DNA of 64,000 nt from Trichosphaerium sp. ATCC 40318 (lineage: Eukaryota > Protista > Tubulinea), in the NCBI GenBank assembly GCA_038496445.1, contig JALMLS010000589.1, positions 62,001 to 126,000 on the forward strand. Reading direction: 5' to 3'. This document shows positions 53,901-64,000 of this stretch, one piece after another. Position 1 is the stretch's first letter. Every line of letters starts with the position of its first letter. A program made the position numbers and the translations under genes. The notes under the pieces were generated by a model. It saw nothing but the letters and a program-made list of their open reading frames with translations, did not search any database and was not told the DNA's origin.

Positions 53901-55464
53901 AGCATCTTTAGATAAAGTTACAATTTCTTGTACAGCATTACTGAATTGAGTCAGACTTAACTCTCCCTCAGTCTCTCTTGCTACAATCTATGCTCGTATA
54001 AGTTTTCTGACTTAAAACTATCCATAAATAAACCGTACAGGCTCAGTTGAGGTGGATTGTGATACGCTAGCTACTGATTTGGGTTCAAGAGTTGTTCGTT
54101 TTTGTTCTACAACTTTTTTCCGTTCAGGCTCAATTTTCTTGACTGGGTTATTACTATTATTATCTTTCTTTGGTTGGCTAGCTAATCCACTTGATTCCCA
54201 AGCAACACTACCAGAACTCCTGGTATTAAGTATGAGTACATTTTCACGTGATAAGGTTCGTACATTTCTTCTATTTCGTTTGTGACAACTCTTGCTTTTC
54301 TTGTGGCTTTGCTTGTGAGCGATGTAGAGTCCTAAGTATAAAGTTACTTTCGAAAGGAAATAAACCATACAAGACAATAAATCAACGTACACGTAATGCC
54401 TCTGTTTCAGCTTCAAGAGCTGCAAAGAAGCCACTACTACTATTCACATTTCGTTTTGTACTCTCGGTTACTTTCTGTGCGTTTTTCTTCTCATCTAAAA
54501 GAGCCTACTCATCATTAACACCTAATACTCTTCACTTAACCTTTACCTGTGCAAGCTCTGCAATCTCAACTTCTTTATCCCTAACATACACATTGGTAAA
54601 GGTATATAAAAGAGGTATAAAGAATCAAACAACTCACCTTACAAGCAACTTAAGGCCTTCCACCTGAAGCTTCAATGCTTCCAGTTCCATTGTTTCATCA
54701 TTTTCTGTTTTTATACTTTGTGTAGAATGATTTAACTTGCGTGAGGACGAAGAAGCACTTGCAGCTGACACATTTTTTAAGCTTTGTGGTGCTTTGTTAC
54801 GCTGAGGCGATTTTGCACGTTGTGGAGCTCTTGTGCGTTGTGGAGACTTTGCACGTTGCGGAGTTCTTGTGCGTTGAGGGGATCTCGCACGTTGTGGTTC
54901 ACTCCTAGGAGACTTCGCTTGTACGCGTCGTGTAGATGATGTATTTGGCTGTGCTGGCTTTTAGAAAGTGGTCAGACGCGTACAAAAAAAGTAATCAATT
55001 TAACGTACTGAAGTGCCAACCATGCTTGTCAAAACGCGTAACCACTCTTCTCTGTCCGCTTTATTTAGTGCCGAGAAATTGTAGAGCTTACCAGCCACCC
55101 GGAACTAGGAAATCGTTAATTTGTGACAATTGGGCTTTTTTTTGACAGACCTCAAAGCCAAATCCATCTCTATGGTGCGCAGTAACACTTTTTTGAAGGC
55201 CAACGGCTTGTTTTAACTGCGCAAAACTAGCTATTTGAGTACCTAGCGCAATTGATTAAAGTAAGCAACTACAACGCGTATATAGTCGTAATTTATTCTT
55301 TTTAAGCCGTTTGGCCTAAAAAAGTAAAAAAGATACGTACCAGGTTCCTTCCACCACTCTAATCTGTTTAATTGTTTATTTAGAGTACAATACCGCTGTT
55401 TCCACTTTGAAAACATGGTGTCCGACTTTTTGTACAGATAACCTTCCATAACTGCCTCTTCCAT
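47909..55464 (-). CDS. Large multi-exon protein: PH domain, SPQR repeats, coiled coil, long beta-rich region, C-terminal filamin-type Ig repeat
   Basis: MEGYLYKKSDTMFSKWKQRYCTL (PH). STVSGDG...GGDTVTV...DDRDGNYTISY...KSPYIV* (filamin). The junctions checked were in phase, but not all were checked. Confidence 0.65.
54785..54920 (-). repeat. 18-nt coding repeat encoding (S/T/A)PQR units
   Basis: EPQRARSPQRTRTPQRAKSPQRTRAPQRAKSPQR. Confidence 0.85.
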
Positions 55465-55881
55465 CGTGGCGTTATCTCAAGAACGCGGTTTATGGTATCG
55501 GTTGGGTTATGCGTTGTTCATTGTTTAGACAAAACCTTAATGATTAATATTAATAGCTTAACGTCCTCGCGTGCGCTTTCATCAAGCGCAGTATGGCGAA
55601 CATAGCTGAACATTTTGATGGTGTCAGTTTATCATTGACACTTCACTTGGTGGCCATGTTTGAGCAGACAACTAGCACCAATCCTAGCCATTGTCGGACA
55701 AATAGCCTAAATTCTGAACAATGCAAAACGAGTGTTATAATCAAAGCGTCACTTTACAGCAATGTACAACGTGAGGAGCAGTTTGTTGTGGAATACGAGG
55801 TAATCTTAACGAAACGAGAATTAAGTTTTTTCTATTGAATGAACATACAAACGTAAGATAACGTAAACGAGGTTGTACCAA

Positions 55882-57866
55882 ATGGGTTGTCAGCATTCAG
55901 GAGGTTCCAAAGAGGAAAACGAGAAGAACAAGGCCATTAACGGGTTACTCAAACGAGAGAGAGAGGAGCTACCACATGAAGTGAAGCTGCTACTACTAGG
56001 TACATGCTCTAGGATCCGCTTAATGATAATATTTGCGCGTTATTTTGATAAAAACGGACTATACACACGCAATGTAATTATTCTACAACACTTTTGTAGA
56101 GCGGGTAAAATATGCTCTTTGCAAAGTGGGAAACAAATGCTTTAAATTTTCCGCTACAACGATCTGTTTGAGCCTGACGTCATCATAGGCGCCGGTGAAT
56201 CCGGAAAAAGCACAATAGCAAAGCAAATGAAAATTATACATTTAAATGGGTACACAGACGAGGAGAAAAAGCAATTTATAGTAGTAATACATCAAAATAT
56301 TCTTCAAGCGGTACGCTAATAATTAATTCTACGCGAAGCAAAAAAACCAAAAATATTATTTTCTAATACCACCAATTCTCTAGATAAACTCCCTGCTACA
56401 AGCAGCAGAGACTTGTGAATATACTGTAAGTAAAAAGAATCGTAAATCAAAAGAAACTGTGGAACGATGCGAAAAATTGGTCGTTTCCCCTGAATTAGGA
56501 GGTATGTGGAGAAGTTTTATTTTTGCACGTGTTTGATTAGATACTACGCGCGTTGGTTCCTTTTTTTTTGCGTTTTTCTTTTTTGGTATTTTTTTTCTTT
56601 CCAAACCAACAATTATTAGAGCATATTGCAAAGTTATGGAGTGATAAGGCAGTACAAAAGGCCTACGCGAGAGCAAGCGAGTTTCAAATACTTGACTCAA
56701 CAGAATACTACTTTGAACATCTTGAGCGCATAACGTAAGTTTGGTGGTTATTATTAATGCGTTCTTTAGAACGTCGTTTGTTTTTTTGCTCGTATTATTA
56801 ATTGGATTTTTTTTTTCGCTTACTACGGCTTTTTAGGCAGGAAGACTACTTGCCTACAGAACAAGATATATTAAGGTCACGTGCCAAGACAACAGGTGTT
56901 ACAGAAACAGAATTTGAAGTGAGCAAGACACGACTAAGGTGAGAATTTTCACTATTTTTTTGTGTTCAGCGAAAAAAAAACAAACTTTTCGTTTGATTTC
57001 GTGCAGGCGGATTTTAAGAAAGTTTTTATTAGGATGGTTGATGTTGGTGGTCAACGTAGTGAACGTAAAAAATGGATTCATTGTTTTCAAGATGTGCGGA
57101 TAAATTATTTTTGAATTTTTATTTTATTTTATGGACTTCTTTCTAATTGCGTTCGCGAGCGATTCTTTTCAATTTTTTTTTATTTTCGACTTTGTAGCAG
57201 GTCAGTTCGAAATTTACTCATTGCCTTTAGGTTACTGCCGTAATTTTCTGTGTCGGCACAAGTGGTTATGATCAATGTCTTTATGAAGATAACAGAGTTG
57301 GACGTATTGACGAGGTATGTTATAGCGTGCATCCTTCTTTTAGTAATGACGTTCGATTTTATTTTTTCTCTTGTTGCGATAAAATTGTATATGTCACCAC
57401 ACCTCACGCGATCACTTTATTTATATTCTAATTTTTGTGCTAATTATTTTTTTATTTTAGTCCTTGAAGCTTTTTGATGAGATTTGTAACTCAGAATGGT
57501 TTACTGATATCTCACTAATCTTGTTTTTAAACAAACGTGACTTATTTGAAAAGAAAGTTAAGGTAGTAGATATGAGCTGCGCCTTTCCTGAGTACAGAGG
57601 TGGACTAAACTACGCAAAAGGTACTATCAACTAAAATTTATGACAACATGTTTTTGTTTACCTTAAAATATTTTGTGTACTAACATTTTATTATTATAGC
57701 TTCTGCTTACATGCGTAAAACATTTATAGAGTTGAACAGAAACCCTCAAAAGAAACAGATTTATCCTCATTTCACATGCGCAACAAACACAGATAACATC
57801 AAATTTGTATTTAACGCTGTCAAGACGATTATCTTCCGTAGAGCTGTGGCAGACACTGGGTTTTAA
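55882..57866 (+). CDS. Heterotrimeric G-protein alpha subunit
   Basis: MGC lipidation motif, [43 protein letters not shown]. Confidence 0.96.
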
Positions 57867-58670
57867 GAAAAAAAAGAGCCAAAATATGAAGGAAGAAAAA
57901 AAAGCATCGACCAGCTTTCTGAACGCTTTTCTTTTTTCATCAAAAGGAGAAGGAAGAGTTCTCAAAATTTTTTTTAGGTTCTTTTTTTTTTTTTTTTAAA
58001 CCTTGCAGTGTACAGAACAAAGAAAAAAAACGCGCCTTTCAACGTTGTTTTTGTGTTGCAACACATATTCACCGTATTGTAAAAGTAAAGTATAATTATT
58101 GAACTAAGAGTTAGTTGACTATAGAAAGCCGGTCGTAACAAACAAGTCCGAGCGTGAAGTTTTTTTTTAGCAGTTGATTTCTCGTCTTCCCTTTAGTCAG
58201 ACGTTGCGCGAGGTTTATAATACGTTGCCAAGTGCGGTGGTAATCGATACACAGAATAACACGCCTTGTATTCGATTTCTAAACTGAGTTTGTTTAAAAC
58301 AGCTAGAAATCGAAAGAATCACATTACGATTGTGTTGTCAGTGCCTTGCAAAGACCACTTTCCGTTTAAGGTATTCCAAGCTCAGTACGTCAGAAAAGTG
58401 CAATAACGGTACGTTTTCATAGACTATTAGTAGCGTAAAGAACGCATCAACGGAGTTTGATAATGTTCGGCCTTGTTGGGTTTTCGGCTGTTATTCTGGC
58501 CGCAATTTTTCACTCTCCCTCCCTAAGTCTCCTAATACCCTTTAAATACATAATAAATCATTGACGTATACTCGTAGACAAGTTGACAAAAAAGCCGCAA
58601 AAATCGGGCCGCTTTTTTTATCAAATTTATTTCCGAAGTTTACTTCATTTTCTATTAAACACAACAAAAG

Positions 58671-61204
58671 ATGAAGCTCTTGATCGCTGTATTACTTTGC
58701 GTAACAGGTATGTATTACTGCCATGTATTCAACGGAACAAACCCGTTGCAACATTAAGAGTTTAAGACCTTTCTTCTAAACGTTTTTTTTTCTCTAGTTT
58801 GTTACGCTGCAACTGAATTTAATTGCACTGCACCTGATTGGAGTGTACTCTTTACAAAATGTAGAGATGTATTAGCTCAAATTAAGAACGAAACAAGACC
58901 GGTATGCCCCTTTTAAACAATTAAAACGTCGCTTCGTTGTGAGTCTCTAATGTGCTCTACAACACTAAATTTTCAGTCAGTCCGAACCAATAATACCTAC
59001 TCGTAGAGTATTTTGTAGCTAAAAACAGAACAACCTTCAAAAACCTACTTCGTCAAACTTTTTTTCTCTCACGACACAAAAGTCAACTCAAGTATTTGAC
59101 ACTATTTTTTTTTTTATTATTCTGCGCTTCTCCCTCACAATAATTGGTGTGCTAAGTTTCCTTCAGGCTAGAAATGATAGTGGCATAAACGATTTGCCTA
59201 CATACTCTCCTACAAGAGACCTAACAAAACGTGCTGCAGTTCTTGAAGACTTCGAAATATCTGAAGGAAGATTGAATATTTGTGGAGCCGCATCTGCATG
59301 TGCTATTGAGTACAGGAAACAAGCTCGCATTATTGCTTTCTGCGCAAAAAATCAAGTACTCGCAGATGCTGCCAAAGACAATGAAACTGTCGAAGCACAT
59401 GGATTGCCTATTTTGAGAATAATAAACTTCTTGAGAGACCAATGGTACGACAAGAAACATGTCATTGTTTTCTGTTTTTCTCACCCTTTCTTTTTAGTAA
59501 ACCAGAAATTGTTGACAACAGATGTCCTGTAGTAATGAGAAGACGCTTTCTAGCTCTTGCCGATGCTGTTGTAGACAGTTGTTTCGTTAGAGACAATATT
59601 CTTAACGGTGTTTGTTCTGCTAGATGTGACTTTGCTCTTCGTGCTCTTGCAAACATTGCACGTAGATGTATTCACAGACCAGAAGTATTCGAAACAATGA
59701 GAAGACTAAAACCTCTCGTTGCTAAACGTAAACTAGTATGCGATAGAGTAGGAAACTGCTCCGCTTTGAGAATTCGTTTAACTGGTCTTTTCAACACTTG
59801 CCAAGAAGCTGTTGCTGGAGGTGTACGTTACTTGTTTTTTTCTTTCAAATTACAGTTAGTTTGGTTCTTACCTTCTTTTTAGAATTGCTCCGTAGCCTGC
59901 AGAGCTTTGCGTATTGCTGGACGTCGTTACATTAACCATTGTACACGTGCCAACATGGGTAACTCTTCTACAAACTTGACAGAAGAAGCACGTACTAAGA
60001 TTATTGCTATTGATGAAGTATGTGAATTTGTTCGTCGTGGTGATATTGAAACTGAAGAAGAAAGTAACGGTAGATACATTCGTACTATTGTGCGTCGTCC
60101 TATCGACTTCCCTGGATCAGCTGTCGCTGATGTACGTTGATACACATCTCATACTTATAGTTAATGTACTGACATTGAACTCTAGTGTATTTCCCAAGTC
60201 AAACAAGACAATGGTTCAAACTCCAAAGCTCCATTTATGAGATGTGCTTTCGCTGCATGCAAGAGCAAGGTTAATACTACCTTAGAGATGGTTTTCGATA
60301 GAATGTCCGATTGTCTTGATTCCAATATTGATGATCCAGATGCTTGTCTTGATACACGTGATATGGTTGAAGATGGTGAAGGTGAAGATTCAGTTGATGT
60401 CGGTGAAGGATCCGTTGATGCTAATGAAAACACTGGTAATGATGGTACCGGCGCAGAAGTAGCCACAACCGTCCAATCCATGTCTTTTGACGATGGCTGT
60501 CGTATGGAATGGAAATCACGATCTTCTTCAATCAATGCTACTGATGACGCTGATGATACACCTGTCGGTGCTGGCGTAGAAAACGTACTTGCATTGAGAC
60601 AATGTGTCCGTAAAAGAGAAAACACAACGTAAGAAGACAACAGCCTTTTTTTTGTCTTTGTTTAAGCTTGTTTTTTTCTCTTACTGACTCTTTTTTTTGA
60701 AGTCGTGTTGTCTCTCTTCATCTCCGCTGCAGTGCTACTTTTGGTGACCTCGAAGATGATCCAGAATACCCTGATTTCAAGAGAATCACATGCGGATGTG
60801 GAGGTATCTTCAGAGCCAAGAAGACTGGTACTTGTGTCACATGGGAAGGTGTAGAGAAAGAAGTTACTGTTGTGTTGAAGGTTATTACAAAGATTAACGT
60901 CAAGGTAACAAACCGTCAACCTAAAGGTGCTTCAATGCAACAAATCCGTGTTATCGGACAACTCATTGGAGGTGACGACTGTGAAACATTCGAGTGGGAT
61001 CCATCTGCTACTGTAAACGAAGCAAACTTGGATACTGCTACTACACAGACACCTACAACACCTATTATGCCTTCATCTCCTGTAGCCCCTGTAGCCCCTG
61101 TAGGTCCTGTAGCTCCTGTAGCTACTGATGCTCCAGCCAGTGGTGCTTCAAATGTTTTCGTTGCTTTAGCTTCAATTCTTGTTGCTCTTCTTGTTGTAAT
61201 GTAA
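58671..61204 (+). CDS. Secreted Cys-rich surface protein, probably GPI-anchored
   Basis: Signal peptide MKLLIAVLLCVT, a Cys/Arg-rich helical region, an acidic linker, FEWDPS, a PVA stalk, and an SGAS plus hydrophobic tail. Confidence 0.8.
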
Positions 61205-61382
61205 ATAGCCCTTGAGCAATAAACCAAAACAATTATAACAAAACACTCTGTTGAGTAACTGTTTTCAATTCAGATTGTCAATATTCAAAGGCAGCAAGCG
61301 ACTGAAAGGGATGTACTGTAGAATTTAATGATTTGTTTAGTATGCTTTACAGAAGCACGTGTTCTTTTCATTGTGTAATGTT

Positions 61383-61790
61383 TTATGATTGGCTTTTAAA
61401 TTCTCGTATCAACTTTGCAACTTTAAAGTGACCATTTCTTTGAGCAACTAATAAAAAAGTTAGAAAGAAACAACAACATCCTTTAACAAACAGTTGTTTG
61501 TTTGTTGCATACTTAATATAGCAGTAGCATTGAACCTTTCAACTTTAATATCAACATCTATTTCATCAGCAAAGCTTCAAGAAAGAACTTGACAACTTTT
61601 ATATGCCCACAAAGAAACAAAGCCTTTAAATAAAATGTTTTTGACAAAAAACCCTTTTAAATAACCAATAAGTGAAACTACTTACATCAAAAACAATGTG
61701 TTTTTCTAGACATGTGTAGTATCAGACTTTTTAGTTGTGATAAGCTTTTTAGCTGGTGATCGCACATTAATACAAACGCAAGTCAACCTT
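61383..61790 (-). pseudogene. Degraded ankyrin-repeat gene
   Basis: GHIKVVKFFLE and ATAILIAQRNGHFKVAKLI (spliced), with an in-frame TAG and frameshifts. Confidence 0.6.
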
Positions 61791-62531
61791 CATTGAATGG
61801 GTAGCTTCTTTTTCCTTCGGTTAACAAAAAGAAAGTGACTTAATTAGTCTACCACGTGATTAGTGTACTAACACGTTTGACAATGATAGCTGGTATACCA
61901 ACTGTACTCAATAGTGGTTGTTGGAAACGGCTTTTAATAACCGGCTTGTCATTTGGATGTTGAGAAAATTGTATACGGCTTAATTGGCTTATTTCGCTTT
62001 CGTTTCCAAGTTCTCACAATTTCAAAATGTACACCAAATCAATCCATGTAAGTATAAGATATTGCCAAACGAAGACCTACATGCTCGAAATGATGACCGA
62101 TATCAAGTTTTTCAGGTGAATAGCGTATTGGAATGCACTTACTAGTTGATTGCTGTCATCACTATGTGGACTCATACTCTTCATATTCAACTATTCGAAT
62201 ACCATGGATTTTAACATTGCCTCAGTCACTTTTGTATTTATAGCTCTCAGTATGAATACCTTTCAATACTATTATCCCATCATCACTAGCAGAGGTTTCA
62301 TTAACACACCTCAGAGTTAGCACCCACCTTTGTTTGATAAAACATTACTTAGTCATGAATACATTTTGCTTTAACTGTCATGAATACATTTTGCTATTAA
62401 CTGAGTCCAATTGAGCTCTAGTCAAGTTGATTATTTGTTTTCATACTAAACTCTTATCTTCATATTCTTGCAGGAACAATCACATTCCACTAATAGACAT
62501 ACATTTCAGCTACACAAACTGTAGTGTTGTG

Positions 62532-63690
62532 TTAGTCTTTTGGCTTGGTTTTATCTGTGCCACCTTCATCTTCTAATTCCATCGATAAAAAGGATTCTAT
62601 ATCATTTATCAAGGTGTTAAACTCCTAAATAAAAAGAAAGGTTAGAATCATAATAAATGCTCTATTTTACCTCTAAGTCTATAGTGTCTACTGGCTCCAT
62701 AATAAGTTCATTCATATCAAAACTATTAGGACTGAGTGCACGCTCGAGGGCCACCAGTTGTTCCTTGTAAAACTTTCTACGTTTGACCTTAAAATATATT
62801 TTTTGCTTTACATTGGTTCTAAATGAACAACGACACATGCCACTAATAAATTCAAGCATAGTTTCTATTTCATCATTTATATCAGTTATCTTCATTTCTA
62901 TATGTTGGGCACGTGTCTCAATCTATACTGAACTTAAAAAAAGGAAAAAGAAGAATTATTTTTGAAAAGCTTTCTTCAAGATGCAAAGACATGAATAAAT
63001 AAGTTCGGAAAAGGCGGTTTGCGGGTTGTCCTTATTTGTAAAACACGCCATAGTTTAATCAGTTTTTGGTAAGAGGGCACGTGGAGCTGAGTGGTATAAA
63101 CGAAAATATTTGAAGAATTTGTTCGCATAACTACAGGATTTGAAGCTAGCGCACTGAGGCGTTGTGGAATGTCATGTTTAAATGCTGTGGCTCGTTCACA
63201 AAGCAAAAAGTGGTGACTTTGCGGTCTAACTGTTCCAAAATGCAGTTTTAAAGAGAAAAGCTGTATAGATTGTTGAATTTAGGTGTTTTGTGCGTACTTG
63301 TTTATGTATCTGCGAAAGTGATGAATTAGGAGTGTTCCCTTTGTCTCTTTGAAATAACCGATTCATGGTGAATGTCTGTTTTTTTTTTTACGATACAATA
63401 CTTGCTGAACTCCTTTGACCAAATTAATGTTAGATCCCTATCATCCATTGGCCTACAAACACAAATACACCTGATTGGAGGAAACCCATCTTGTGGCTTG
63501 ACCGTTTGGTCGCAAATCCTGAGACCCTGTTTTATTAAAAGTTGCAAGTACATTGTAATCATTGCGTTGCCTTAGTTTCAGACATCCGTAAACCTGGTTT
63601 GTACATACATCAGACTTGTTATTTGCGATAAGCTTTTTAGCTGGTGTACCAGTTATCATTGTCAAAAGCAATAGTTACACTAATCATGTG
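62532..63690 (-). CDS. Hypothetical, possibly degraded gene
   Basis: Exon-like segments (IEMKITDINDEIETMLEF; LEEFNTLINDIESFL...KPKD*). A full model could not be built. Confidence 0.3.
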
Positions 63691-63811
63691 TTCACTTTTC
63701 TTTTTGTAAAACGAAGGAAAAAGAAGAGACCCATTCAACGAATTTAGGCTTAAGTGGTAGTAATGTACAGTAATATCATAGAGTAGAGCATTGTTACAAG
63801 TGTTAGACACT

Positions 63812-64000
63812 ATGGAAGAAAAAACGCAACCTGAAGGCGATTATACCATCGTAGACTTTCCCATGGAGGTATGTATACTGGTAATTACAAGATTAACGTA
63901 TTTTAGATAATACTCCACTTATTAGCGTTTGTTGATGATATTGAAGACCTTTGCGCTTGTATGCAGGTTAATAAACTCCTTTGTAGCTGTTGTAGCGATA
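63812..64000 (+). CDS. F-box protein, 5' part only (truncated by the window end)
   Basis: IVDFPME|IILHLLAFVDDIEDLCACMQVNK across a GT-AG intron. Confidence 0.75.

Noticed and set aside
1-64000. Alternative genetic code or stop readthrough, suggested by the fragmented ORFs
   Set aside because: Conserved genes rebuild fully with ordinary introns, and TAA, TAG and TGA all serve as true stops.

Overview
This is AT-rich, gene-dense, intron-rich eukaryotic DNA read in the standard code. It is probably from a protist; the G-alpha, saposin and filamin content would fit an amoeba, but that is inference. About 25 genes could be assembled by hand from short GT/GC-AG introns, mostly 40-60 nt with some of 150-280 nt. 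Recognisable genes are BCS1, an ABCB half-transporter, DHDH, D-lactate dehydrogenase, a G-alpha subunit, a saposin-like protein, a SURNod19-like protein, a PAP2-like protein and a DEK-C/CHZ-like chromatin protein. There are also several secreted or surface proteins (one a triplicated family) and five F-box genes (two LRR, two MORN, one truncated by the window end). The most notable observations are: (1) a ROK sugar kinase fused within a single exon to an intact bromodomain; (2) intronless F-box-LRR genes whose 63-nt repeats vary mainly at about three surface codons; (3) a 7TM-like protein fused to DUF4395; (4) relaxed splice signals (GC donors, many AAG acceptors); (5) strong enrichment of CACGTG in introns and promoters; (6) a large PH...filamin protein and an orphan topoisomerase II fragment. 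All domain calls come from motif recognition by eye; no searches were run.
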